A stretch of 64,000 nt of DNA from Calcarisporiella thermophila CBS 279.70. Taxonomy: Eukaryota; Fungi; Calcarisporiellomycota. The position numbers and the translations under genes are program-made. Location: positions 149,901 to 213,900 of the forward strand of contig NW_027192222.1 in the NCBI RefSeq assembly GCF_041956535.1, written 5' to 3'. Each line of letters begins with the position of its first letter. Position 1 is the stretch's first letter. The notes under the pieces are model-generated. The model was not told where the DNA came from. It saw nothing but the letters and a program-made list of their open reading frames with translations, and did not search any database. Shown here piece after piece: positions 49,860 through 61,569 of this stretch.

Positions 49860-52331
49860 GGCTCACTAATATATCTTCATAATTGCCAATCTTCTTTGAT
49901 GCACTGCTTATTTGTCATAGTTTTTGCAATTATTATTGAATTTAGCTAAGATGCTGCATTATAACACTCTTTTCACGAATACTATGCGTATTCTCTTGAT
50001 CAACATTGAATGTAGAGTGGGAGACTCAGTTTAAGGGGAGGCATTCGTCAGCACCATCTGAAGAATTCAAAGAGGTCTGAATATCCTAAACCTTGGCACG
50101 TGCAGTGCTTACTAAAGTGGCCCTGGAGATATTAACAGGGTGTGATGACTGCATTTTTGGGCCGTTTTCTCACGAATATTAAGAAGAGAGAGCCATTCCA
50201 ATTTTGATAAAAGTTGGAAACGAAAACCCATTGGGCTTCATAGATCTCAGGGGAGATAAAGAACCGATGAGAAAGTCATCCATATATTAGGTTCAGTTCA
50301 TTTCTTTCTGCATAGGAAATATGAAAGAGGCACAGCTCAAAGGGCTAGTATCCGTTGCCGTCTAACTAAGAATGGCAACCTATATTTATATTGGTTATAT
50401 CTGGTGGTATCATTAAGGGTGCTGCGTTGAGAATGGCTAGTAGTAAAACATTGGAAATAAAATAAAAAACATGGCATCTTTAGGAAAATGGGTGAAGCAA
50501 ATACAACAAGATAAAACAAGGTAAAATAGTACAGATGCGTTCTCCTGAACCTAATTCGCTTTTCCCCACACTAGGGTCGGAGGACCGCGTTGGAGCTACG
50601 ACGAGGGCGAGGTTCACGCCGTGTGTGATACTTGAATGTGGACGACTAGCTCATAGTACGTTTGAAAAGTCATAGAACAATCTGAACACCTGTATTGGGT
50701 TCCCATCCGAATATCAACCAAGAGCAAAAAGGGGGTTTAAGCAGCGAGGAAAGGGGCAATTCTAGGCTATGGGACAAGCATTTCAATTTATAATTACCGC
50801 TTCGCCCCAACATGAGGGGAGATTGTAGGGGACAATAAATTGACACTCTAAATTTTTGTTGTGACTTTGGGTTTGTATTTTATTTTTTAGTGCACTTGTA
50901 CGCCCAAAATACCCACCCCCTTTATATTCTTCCATCAGATAGCCATTGATGGCCGAACATACTTAAAGAGCTGACAAGCCCTTTTAAATCAAGTAAGTCA
51001 TGATGTATATTGAAGGCCAAGAGCGAGCTTGGTTCCTAGTACGAATAATGTCTCTAGGGAGTATATATAAGCACTGCTAACACTTTTTCTTCTCTTTGCA
51101 CCCTATTTAGAGCTAGGCTTGACAGCTTGTCGGAGATGTCTATCACGTCATCGAACATAGGCGCAACTAGCGGATTCAACTCCGGCTTATGGGGATAGTT
51201 AGATAGTGGGGTGTGCTTATATTAATATCATATTGGTGTCCATAGGTGGTGTGCAAGTAAAATTTGGGTACGGTGAGTAATAAAATATCGAAATACTCTC
51301 CGAGGATCAACATCTTGTTTGAATGATATGGACGACTTACTCAAAAAGCGAAATAGGATTCTAACTATAGTCCGTGGATGCCTTCTCGGGGTGCATGTTA
51401 GATTGGGAAGGTGGTAGTAAATTAGCTAACATTCCTGATAAAATCGTCGCTTGACTTGCATGCTCTTCCTCTCACCCTCCCGTTACCCATTACCGGTTTC
51501 GAAGATGAAATTCAAATTCAAGTTTGTGAAGTGCACCCCTCGCCGGACTCTTACTCCCCGGCCAAGCAGCACAAAAACACTCGAAAATTTTTAGCAAGCT
51601 TTGCTGTGACTCGAGACCCCTTCCTCTGAGGCGTAAGGACCCCCTCCGTAAATTCATATGAGCAATGTGTCTACAATGAAATCATGACTGCCCGTGAGCT
51701 AGTGCATAGTTCAAATGCCCGCATCACATTCGGGGTAAGAAGCTTCTAACAGTACGAGGCGTCTGAGCGTACATCCGACCTTGCATTCACCTTGTGGGTT
51801 GTAGTGCACAACATGATACATTTGGCTTCTTCGGGAGGGAAGGGTTACGGACAGGCCAGCGTATAATTAGAGTAACCGGCTGTAACTTTTCTACTAACCT
51901 GGTAAATCAACAACCTGCTTTCTTATATTCTAGGTTTAATCGGTGTGTCATGAAATTTCTAGAAATGCTCCAAATCTCCCTGATGATTCTTAGATGGGCT
52001 GGTTTTTCATTAAAAAATCCCTCCTTGCCATGACAACCAATGCTTTCGCCTGTTTATAATTATCGAGAAGTTTTTTTTTTTTCTAAACTCGCTGCTCGGG
52101 CGGGTTCATGCGGTGTCAAGCTTAATTTGTGTAATAATGTCTTCGCCTGCATTCTCCCTAATATTAGTAGTATTACAAGGGCTATTCTTATCACACAGGA
52201 GGAGGATTATTATCTTCTCGTTGAGAAAGCAAGCTTTTCTTTCCAAACCTATAAATACCGCCCCTTTCTTTCTTCCTCTCTTCCTTACTTATATTTCGCT
52301 TTTTTCACAGTCATCTACATTTTCTACCATC

Positions 52332-52427
52332 ATGACTGAAGTATACGTTTGCAATATCTGTTGGGAAATATTCGCCGACGAAACCGACCTGAGGTATCAT
52401 CGCTTTTTTGCCCACAACATCAACTAG
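52332..52427 (+). CDS. 31-aa candidate microprotein consisting of one C2H2 zinc finger
   Basis: MTEVYVCNICWEIFADETDLRYHRFFAHNIN fits Y-x-C-x2-C-x3-F-x5-L-x2-H-x4-H; TATAAATA at ~52250 and a CT-rich leader. Confidence 0.55.
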   Translation: MTEVYVCNICWEIFADETDLRYHRFFAHNIN

Positions 52428-54059
52428 ACCACTACTGGTTCAGGCAAATCAACTGTATTCAATAGGAAGCAAAAAGGATATCGTGTTCATTTCTTAGTCG
52501 AAGTCGTCTCTAGATATTACATACCTTGTTTATTTCAAAATAAATTTTTTAGACGTGACCCCTTTTTCCTTCCTAAAAGTAGCTTTGAGTTCGGACTCGT
52601 TGAATATCGTTAAGGCCCGTGAATATTGCTTATTCATACTCGCAGCTAAATGGACTGAACTCTTGTATCCCAGAGAGAAAAACAATTTTATACTTAGAGA
52701 ATTCTTGAATACGCTTTATAGTGGAAAAATGTCATCCGTGGGAGGCCTTAACGCTGGGTGGCCTTAGCGTTGTGTAAGCTTCTCCAGGCATAATTGCATA
52801 TTTCTCTATTTATGAATAACTGGATTGGATACATCATTGTTATTATAGTGAAATTAAGTATGTCAGAATTAAACTGTATCCGGGTGACCGCGAATAGCTT
52901 GTCAACTTCCAAAGAAACTCTATTCAACCATGCAGTATTTAAACCAAGCTGCTGCATTTCCCTTAAAATGCTCAACTTTCATAAACAAAAAAATGCACGG
53001 AGATATATGATGCACCGTTCCAATCCCCTCACTCAAAAGGCGCGCACAAGCCCCTAAGCTGGCAGGGAGCCCTTCTTTGAAAATCGAGAGGCTGCCTCTC
53101 TTTAGTAAATTGTGACCTCACCTGTTTACACAGGTCTCTGGCTCTGTAATTTTAAAAGGTTTAGGTTGCCCCACCCACAATGCGCTTGGGATTTCAATTT
53201 TTTGTATTTTGTAATCTCTCGTCAACAGCTTTTCCTTTGAATATACTTTGTTTCTTTTTATGCTATACGAGGGTTGCGTGGGCGGGCGTGAAGGCATCTA
53301 TCATAGCACAAGCATGTCCGCACTGCCATGATAAAAACAAAATGGTCGAAAAAAAATAACACTTGCAATTGAACTAGAATTATTCGTCAAACCCTGTAGA
53401 TTCAGGATTTGAATGAGTCTCGTTTTTTATCATCTATTAAGATGTATTCCCCCGGGTAGGCGCTGCAAAGGGTGTTGTGCTAATATTAAGCCGATGAACT
53501 CTGCCATTGTCATAAATTCCATCCTCCACGGATTGTGCTTACGATTTTTCTCGGATCATGTTGAGATTTTGTATTCGATATTCGTTATAGAATATTCCTA
53601 TATCTGTCTTTGCTAGCACTGAAAATAGTAAAATAATTGCAGTCCAAAGCAGCTGCTATGATTGTTATAGACGTGGAAACGCCAGAATGTGGTAGGGACC
53701 AAAAGGCAATACCATCTTTGGCATGCAAATAACCAGGAATACAAGGATAAGAATATGTTATCTTTGTACAGTTATGCCCCCACTTAAATGCTGAGATGAG
53801 GTTTATGAGAATCTTCATATCTTAATAATTCTTGTCATCAGTTTTATTTGCACCTTCATTTCATCAAGATACAAGATGATGATAGCATAGCATGGTCATT
53901 TTATTACGAGGAATTATTACTATAAGGATTGATATATTAAAGATTACAATGAATTCTAAGTTTCCATTTTGGTAGAATGAATGTGGCTCGTTTTTTTACC
54001 GTGGTATGTGAAATCGCCTAACGGAGTGAGTGATTCACACAAAAGAAATAGTCACATTT

Positions 54060-54085
54060 ACGCGTTTTTCTGACGTTTAACGCGT
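54060..54085 (+). promoter_or_regulatory. Two MCB (ACGCGT) boxes upstream of the CEP95-like gene
   Basis: ACGCGT at 54060-54065 and 54080-54085, 60-85 bp before ATG 54144. Confidence 0.55.
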
Positions 54086-54143
54086 ATTCATTTTGATTCA
54101 TATTCTCCATTCCCCTTAACATCAGTGTCATCGCTGAATCATC

Positions 54144-56550
54144 ATGTCACGGCATGATCCGGATGCTGATTCGACAGTGGATCTGTCCGCATCCAGCACC
54201 GCCAGCTCTATTCAAGACAATCTAGAAAAAGGTGGGATTCACACGCTTTCTAACATCCTACATGATGCTCATGAGCACATCACATTTATAGATGCCTTGA
54301 CCAAGCTGAACTCGCTTCTCTTTACTCATCATCTTCCCCTCTCACTTCACTCCATCCATGATGCACCCTCTACTCTTTGGACAGCGCTCTTCGAGTGCAT
54401 GCTTGAAACGCGTCTTCCACTCCCTCACCGTCCTGCCACCACATTTGCAGAAAAGCTTGCTAATCTACGGGTGCTTCTGGACACCTTAGGTGAACTTGTA
54501 CAAATGCGACTTGAAATTAACCCAGAGAACTTAACGCGAGGCGAGCGGGAGGACATTTTAGAAATAATCGAATTGTTTTGGGCATTAGAGAAGACTCTAC
54601 AAAAGCGACGTGACAGGAGCGAGAGCGGAGAGGAGGGACAAAGCCTGGTGGGAGAGAGTGAAGCTAAGAAAATGGAAACCAGTGGCGAAATAACGGCCAT
54701 CACCCAGATTGAAAGGACAGTATCACCTATAGAGCCTAGGAAAGCAGAGGCTGCGCCTTCGTATGACCCCAACCAGTCTATTTCACAAGACAGTCGGCTG
54801 TTTCGGCAAGAAGAGCTGATGGTGCGAGCACAAGCTCTTAGCGAGCGTCTTAAAAAGAGCACTGGAGACCAACACGATGCCACTCTCCCACCCCTCAACA
54901 CGTCATATCCTGGAGCTTCTCGGATTCATGAAATACCCAGCGATATTTCGCAGCTGAAAGAAATCTCTAATTCTAAGATGACTGAGCCAAGTGATCTCAG
55001 CTGGCTCTCCAGAGAGGCTCCTTCTCCACACGGTAGAGAACACTCTCCCTACTTGCCCGCTTCCCAACAGTCACCTTCCCATCCATCCACTCCCCCCCGT
55101 TTTTGGATATCCCAGTCTAACACATCCCCTCGTCTCAAATCCACTGCCACTCAAACGGCTACCCCTGAGCATTCTTCCACGGGCCAGTTACAGGGCAACC
55201 ATCAAGTAATAATCTCTATGCATAAGTTCGATTTACACCCAAGATATAAACTTACATGGAATTACTGTAGGAGTGGACAACCCCAGCCGTTTTAAAAATT
55301 ACAAAGGAGGATACCCCTTATACTCGAGCTCTTAAGAAGAGGCGAGCACAACTCATGCGGATTAAAAAGATGGCCACCAGTGCGCAACAAAAGAGTCCCT
55401 TCCGACAAAAACTGCAGCAGGCGACAAAAAGGTTGGCCAAAGCAAAATCGCCTTTGCACTCGGCCACCTCTCAACCATGGCGGCTACATAGGCAATCACC
55501 CAGGCCCAGAGAAAGGAGGAGAAGTAGTGAAAGGCTACCGGGTCTTTTGGAATTGGCCGAATTTGTCGAGAGAGAAATGGGCGTGCGTTTACCGAAAAGT
55601 GTGAAGGAGAGGTTGGAGAGGCAAGATATGAGAAGATGGGGACAGGGAATGCGACACCAACAGTGGGAGAGCACTGTTCGAAGGGTAAGCGCCCACATTT
55701 CACTCCTCGGCTACTTGCTATTTTCAACCACACTGAATTTCTATCCTATTTAGGCGAGAGTGGCCAAAGAGCGCCAGGAGGCTGCTAACCGGGCTTTCGA
55801 ATTTGGGATCAGGGGGTTGCATCGAGACGAACAACTGGTAATCTTGCATCGTGCTTTATCCTAGTAATGAGTTGATTCTTACTTCTCTTTGCACCTGAAA
55901 AGAGGCGGGATATGCAGGAGAAATCGGAGCTCCGAGCGTGGCGTACAGCAGCTCGGGAGCGCGAACGCCGGATGGCAGAGTTGATGCGCGACCAAAGGAA
56001 CCGAGAGGAGGAGGTCCAGCGTAGAAATGCACGTATAGAGGCACGAGATGAAAAGGTAAGGGGAAGAGCGAAAAAGCCCTAATGTGATTTGGCAATTGAT
56101 GGCGCAAAACCCCTGGTTATGGTTGGCTAGATTCTACTGGACCTGTATCGGGATTGTGTACGGCTACATACCCAGCTGGTGCACGATCTTTCACAGGAAC
56201 ATCGGGCTCGGCAGCATCAACGTGATCTAGAGGAGCAGGCCGAGAAAGAGGCAAAAGAGCACTATTTACGTGACCAGATAGATATGCTTGAAGAGGAAAT
56301 ATCGAAGCTGAGAGAGGAGCAAGCGATGGCGCAACGGGCGCAAAAAGAGCTGCTAGAGAGGATTCGGCGCGAGACAAGAGAGGAGCTCAAAAAGCGCATC
56401 GCGGAAAACCGAGGGCGCTTCGATACCCTGGCGGAGAGCTCGAGCGAGGTGGACCGAGCCCGAGATGCCGAGCGGGTGAGGAAACAGCTGGAAAGCGAAG
56501 TGGATCGAGTACGAAGTCAACGCTTTGGCGAGCAATGCCAAGGCTTGTAA
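54144..56550 (+). CDS. CEP95-like centrosomal coiled-coil protein, multi-exon
   Basis: N-terminal CH-like (DUF5745-type) region WTALFECML..EKLANLRVLLDTL..INPENLTRGEREDILEIIELF. C-terminal EHYLRDQIDMLEEEI..AQRAQKELLERIRRETR resembles the CEP95 C-terminus. Confidence 0.65.
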
Positions 56551-56770
56551 CATACCGTCGAGCATGTTGTTCAAGATAGCATTTTTATTAGGATACTCTT
56601 TTTAATTTTTTAATGATGTATTTATATTTAAAATAGAAAGGTTAAAGAAAAACACACAGGCATTAAGCATGGAAAAGGCGAAGAGAGAAAGAAAAAAAGA
56701 AAGAAAGAAGGGAAAAAGTTCAATGCACAGAGAAAAGTAGATAGATAGACAGATATAAATTTGAAAAGCT

Positions 56771-57932
56771 CTACTGGAATACATTTTTGGTCGACAGCGG
56801 ATCGTCTGCCGGCGCATTTCTTTTCTTCTTGTGCATCCGTTCGCTCATAGCTACCTGGCGTGCTTGATATTTGGCCGCCTTTTCGCGGCGTGCCGCAGCA
56901 CGCACCATGTTTGGACTGACAAACTCGGGGTTCTCGAACACAGTGGCACCGCCAAAGCTGCCCTCAAAGATACGGATGGGAGTCATGACGAAGCGAGGGC
57001 CGATCTCGACGAGCTTGACATCGGCACCCTCTCGCTTCTGTTTGGAGGTGGCTTCTTCGGTGGGATCCTTCTCCACGATCTAAGCAAAGGAGCAAGAGAA
57101 ATGCAAACGAATATGGGTAAGCCTGGTTGTTCGGGTAGAGACAGGTGACGCAATAGAAGGGCTTACCTGATAATGCCGGAACCATATCCGATTATCGGCC
57201 ACGGTAAAGGTCAGGATGTGATCGAAGAAAGGCTTGGAGCGGCGAGCACCACGTGGCACGCCGAACATCTGCGAGAAGAGCTCCTTGAGGAGCATCCAAT
57301 GAGGCTCGGAGTCAAAGGTCTTGTCGAACGAGAGGAGGGGGCGAGAACCCTTGAGGCAGTTGCCGGTCATCTTGAGCTCATCCATGGTGTGAACTATCAA
57401 CCAAGTCCCAAGTCTTAAACATCCGCCTCCAAAAGTAGGTATTGTGCAAAAAAAAAATGGCATTGCAAACTTACTGTTTTGGACATGGAACTTCACGCTA
57501 GGCCCATTAGGCGTCTTGCTCATCCACAGATACAGATCCTGCCGTTTGCGCACCTCAAAGAAGATGCAGTTATTGCAGTTGTTGAGCTCGGCCAGTTCAT
57601 TTAATACCCCCAATTGGGATTTTGCATCCAATTTTGAATCTAATCAGCAGATCAACAAAATTAGCAAACATGGTTCACTATGAAGCATAGCCAGCAGAGA
57701 GGAAAAGAGGGAGAGGAAGTGGAAGAGTGAGGAGAGTGAATCGTTTACCTTTCTTAGAGTGGGGCATGATGGCTTCGAGATCATTGAGAAGATGCCGCTG
57801 ACGGAAGTTGATTCCGCGAGACGAGAGGACTAGAACGCGCTGTTTATTGCGCTGCTTATCTTTGCCATCTGAATTGCCTGAAGCAACTTTAGATTTTTGA
57901 GCTGCTGCCGCCTGCTTGAAGACCGATGCCAT
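56771..57932 (-). CDS. BRX1: Ribosome biogenesis protein Brx1 (Brix domain), multi-exon
   Basis: NKQRVLVLSSRGINFRQRHLLNDL, NCNNCIFFEVRK, TMDELKMTGNCLKGSRP, LVEIGPRFVMTPI. Confidence 0.96.
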
Positions 57933-58127
57933 GGTGATTCCAAAGATCAAGTCTCTCAACCAAATTGAAGCCGAAATTGCAGTAAACAAAATGAGGGACG
58001 GGACAGTCACAATGTGACTACGACTCAGCCACGATGCTTCCCTCGACACTAGACAAAAAAAATTAAACATAAACACAGGTAGGCTAAAACGCGATCATCG
58101 CTTAGACAGGCGGATCTAGTATAAATC

Positions 58128-59052
58128 ATGTCACGAAGATTCCTAGGGCATGTCCCGCGCATTCTACAATCGTCGCGCGGTCTAGCCACTTCCTCCGCCG
58201 CTGCCTCAACACAAGTATCCTCGCCATCCGCCTACCGGCTGGTGGCCGGCGTAGTCCTTGCCCGCTCTCCCCAAATCCAGCGCTCACCCACCGCATTCGA
58301 GCAAGCCTATTTCAACTACCAGAAGCAGCTCGCCCGGCATACTTCTGCATTCTTCCCTACCGATTTCTACTTCAAAAAAGGATCGATTGCCGAGAAGCGC
58401 TGGCAACGGCAACAGGAAATCGAGAAGCGCGAGGACATTTTTAACCCGTCGGCATCGTCGCAAAAGGAGGCCAAGACCGTAGAAAAGGCAGAAGTGGAAG
58501 AAGACGACAAAAGCATTGGAGGGGATCTAGAGGCAAAGGTGGAGCCGGCCAGCCGTGTGACCGAAGCGGACAAGAAGGGAGACGTGAAGAGTCTGGATCG
58601 CGCATTGGACCGAACCCTGTACTTGATTGTAAAGAAACCGCGGGAGGAGCATGCATGGCAGTTTCCTCAGGGAGGTTTGGACGACAATGAGCTGCTACAT
58701 CAGGTAATTATTGGATGTTTTTCCTCATCTGAATGCCGAACTAACTACAACTCTTTGTATAAAGGCTGCTGAGAGGGAACTGACAGAGGAATGTGGCCCT
58801 AACCTCGACACCTGGTTTGTGGGGCGTGCACCCGTAGGCCACTACGTGTATGACTACCCCGCCCATTTCTCCAAGGGATCGCCATATAAGGGGTCGAAGG
58901 TTTTCTTCATGAAGGCCCACGTCTTTGCCGGCAAGGTCCAGGTCGACCAGCGTGAGATTGTAGACTATGCATGGGTGACGAAGGAGGAGCTCAAGAATTA
59001 CGTGGATCCGCGATACTACGAGGCTGTCCGGGATATGCTGTCCGATATATAG
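58128..59052 (+). CDS. MRPL46: Mitochondrial ribosomal protein mL46, 2 exons
   Basis: Mitochondrial presequence; SRVTEADKKGDVKSLDRALDRTLYL..WQFPQG..LHQ|AAERELTEECG..TWFVGRAP..KVFFMKA. Confidence 0.92.
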
Positions 59053-59544
59053 ATTTTTACACGATTGTTTAATTTTTTTTATTTTTTGTTTTGTTTGTAA
59101 ATTGCTTCTACTTTACTTTTTCCACCTTGGACGATTCCTCCTTTTTTATCTTTATTTGACTTTTTACAATCATTTTAAAATATATCTCTCTCTGTCTTTC
59201 TCTCGTCATCCATTTATCCCGACTTACTTCTTCCTTTATGAAAAAACAACCATCATGCAAGGATGTAGAGAAGGGGAATTGTTAAACAACAGAAAATCTT
59301 TATATTCTACGGCATTAGAAAGAAAGAAGAAACAAAATAAAACATTCGCAATCAAAAAATAACCATCTAACACAAGAAGGATTCAAGTGGAGAAGTAAGC
59401 TTGGCTGAAAAGAAGAAGAAGAAGAAAAAAAAAAAACAAAAACTAAAGAGACATCCAGGAAATCGTGGAATAAATATTTAAATAAATTAATATTAGGAAA
59501 CAACACTTTAAAAAGAAAAAGGAATAAATACCGGGTTATCCTCC

Positions 59545-61569
59545 TCAGAAGAAGTTACGAGAGCTCCTACTTGAGGGCGGTGGGGCTGGGAATACAACCA
59601 CGTTCTTATTTTTCCCTTCCTTGGGGCTCAAGTCTGGCGAATCCCCATCCAGCTTTATGATCGCCTCCCCGGACGATGAGGAGAGAAACGAGGACCTTCC
59701 CTCCTGTCCAGCATCGCCGACACTCAGCAGATTCGTGCTGGGTGCGCTATTGGAGGGTGCAAGAGAGCTGGAAGAGGCTGCCGCCTGATTCTGGCCAGAC
59801 GAGACGAATTCTTGGGACTTTGAACGGCGATGGAAGGGCAAAGGTGGCAGTGGCTTGTCTTTTGGGGCCGAGACAGCGGGTGGGTATTGTAGAATGCTTG
59901 AAAAAGGCTTCTGAGATGTCAGAGACTCGTATATTGGAGAGGGTGCATCCACGAGTGCTGAGAGCACTGAGAGGGTGCCGTACGAGTCGCCGCTTGAGAG
60001 GGTGTCGGAAGAGACGACTCGCGCAGGGGAGGTGGGGCTGGAGAGTGGAGAGAGCGGGAGAGGTTTGAATGTGAAGGAGGGGAGCCGGGGACTCTCCGAC
60101 ATGGAGCCGGGCTGGGAGGCACCCCTCGGGTTGGAGGCATTTCCACTGGCCCCGCTGGAAGCTGCAGCGGCAGCTGCAGTAGCTCCAGCAGACAAAGGGG
60201 CAACGTTGTAGGTGGTGCCCGCATCTCTTCCTATTGTTTCAAACGGGAGACGGAGAGAGGCCGGGAAGTTGAGGGAGGCTAATCGAGAGGCTGAGCTGGA
60301 GGAGGAGCTCATCGAGCCCTTTCTTTTCTCAGACAGTAGCAGCTCTTGGAAAGGATGCTTGTACCGCCTGTAGTAGCGATAGAGGAAGAACCCCACTACC
60401 AATGCTACAGCCGTGAGAGCCCCTAAGGTGGCCCCCACAATAACGCCAATGTTGGGCTGCTGCGACTGGAAAGCGTTGCCGTTCACGTTCATGTCGGCGT
60501 AGGTGGAGGTGCCTCTTGGTGGGGAGACCATGGTCGCAGGGCCGGGAACCATTGAAATTGTCGTAGGATCCACCCCGCTGACCTTGGCTGAAGTGCTCAA
60601 CACCCCTTGGCGTGACGTGGTGGGGGAGGCGGGATCTGCGCCCGAAGGCGTGATCCCGGGAAGCCCAGGACTATTCGTGCCACGAGTCGAGCCAGCGCCT
60701 GGCCTAGGCGTATTTGAGTTGGCGTTGGCATCGGCCGGTCTGCGTGCTGTGGCGGAGACGGGCGATGAAGGAGTCACGATGACGCCTCTGATGGTTTTGG
60801 TGATGTTGGTATTTGGGATGAAGATCGTGAGGGTTGGTATACTTTCCAGAGGTATGGAGGGCCGCTTGCTGCGGCTGACGAGGGGCGTGCTTGGCACCGA
60901 CAAGCTGCTCATGAGGGTGTGCAAAGGGCGGGTGGCCGGGATGAGGTTGTCATCGGCGCCGACGGTGGTGGTGACGGTTGTGGTGGTGGTCGCGGTGGTG
61001 GTTGTGGTTGTGGTGGAAGCGAGAGCCTTTTTCGAGGCCATGGAATGGCGAGGAGCATCCTTCTTGAGCGAGCCGTACGCTTTCTTTTTCCTTGTTCCCT
61101 TGTGCCCCGCTTTGCTCACGCTGCCAACCTTCTTTTCCCCCCACCCCCTCTCCTCCAATGGCATTGCGCCCTGCACTTCACCCCTAAATGCCCCTCGTAT
61201 CATCCACATTTTTGCCTCAGATTCCCCGGCCGGCTTCGGTGTATTTTTAGACGGCCGCGCGGCCGCTTCACCATCCTCCTGCCGCGGCAGCTGCGGCCGC
61301 CTCTCTGCTACTCTCTCGCCCGCTTTCCCGATGCCGCTCGCCGACTCCCCTGGCGGAATGTCGCGCCCGTTCTCTGGTCCCGCTGCTCCTTCCTTTTCTG
61401 GAAGACGCTGTTTCGGATTCCGTTCGCGGCACACCGCGCTCTCGCATTCGGGAAAGCACTTTCTTCGCCACCTGCGGCATATGGCGCGGCGGCACTGGCA
61501 TATTGAGCTGCCGTCGCCCCGCCTGGCGAGCCGCGGGTATATTCGTGTGATTGAGGCCATTATGTACAT
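59545..61569 (-). CDS. Single-pass S/T/P-rich membrane protein (mucin/Mid2-like architecture); true start uncertain
   Basis: Thr-rich ectodomain, TM helix IGVIVGATLGALTAVALVVGFFLY followed by RYYRRYK, Ser/Pro-rich tail. Confidence 0.65.
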   Translation of the reverse strand: MYIMASITRIYPRLARRGDGSSICQCRRAICRRWRRKCFPECESAVCRERNPKQRLPEKEGAAGPENGRDIPPGESASGIGKAGERVAERRPQLPRQEDGEAAARPSKNTPKPAGESEAKMWMIRGAFRGEVQGAMPLEERGWGEKKVGSVSKAGHKGTRKKKAYGSLKKDAPRHSMASKKALASTTTTTTTATTTTTVTTTVGADDNLIPATRPLHTLMSSLSVPSTPLVSRSKRPSIPLESIPTLTIFIPNTNITKTIRGVIVTPSSPVSATARRPADANANSNTPRPGAGSTRGTNSPGLPGITPSGADPASPTTSRQGVLSTSAKVSGVDPTTISMVPGPATMVSPPRGTSTYADMNVNGNAFQSQQPNIGVIVGATLGALTAVALVVGFFLYRYYRRYKHPFQELLLSEKRKGSMSSSSSSASRLASLNFPASLRLPFETIGRDAGTTYNVAPLSAGATAAAAAASSGASGNASNPRGASQPGSMSESPRLPSFTFKPLPLSPLSSPTSPARVVSSDTLSSGDSYGTLSVLSALVDAPSPIYESLTSQKPFSSILQYPPAVSAPKDKPLPPLPFHRRSKSQEFVSSGQNQAAASSSSLAPSNSAPSTNLLSVGDAGQEGRSSFLSSSSGEAIIKLDGDSPDLSPKEGKNKNVVVFPAPPPSSRSSRNFF

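Noticed and set aside
50300-51800. Possible decayed gene with intron-like GTAAGT...TAG segments
   Set aside because: No sustained reading frame or identifiable family.
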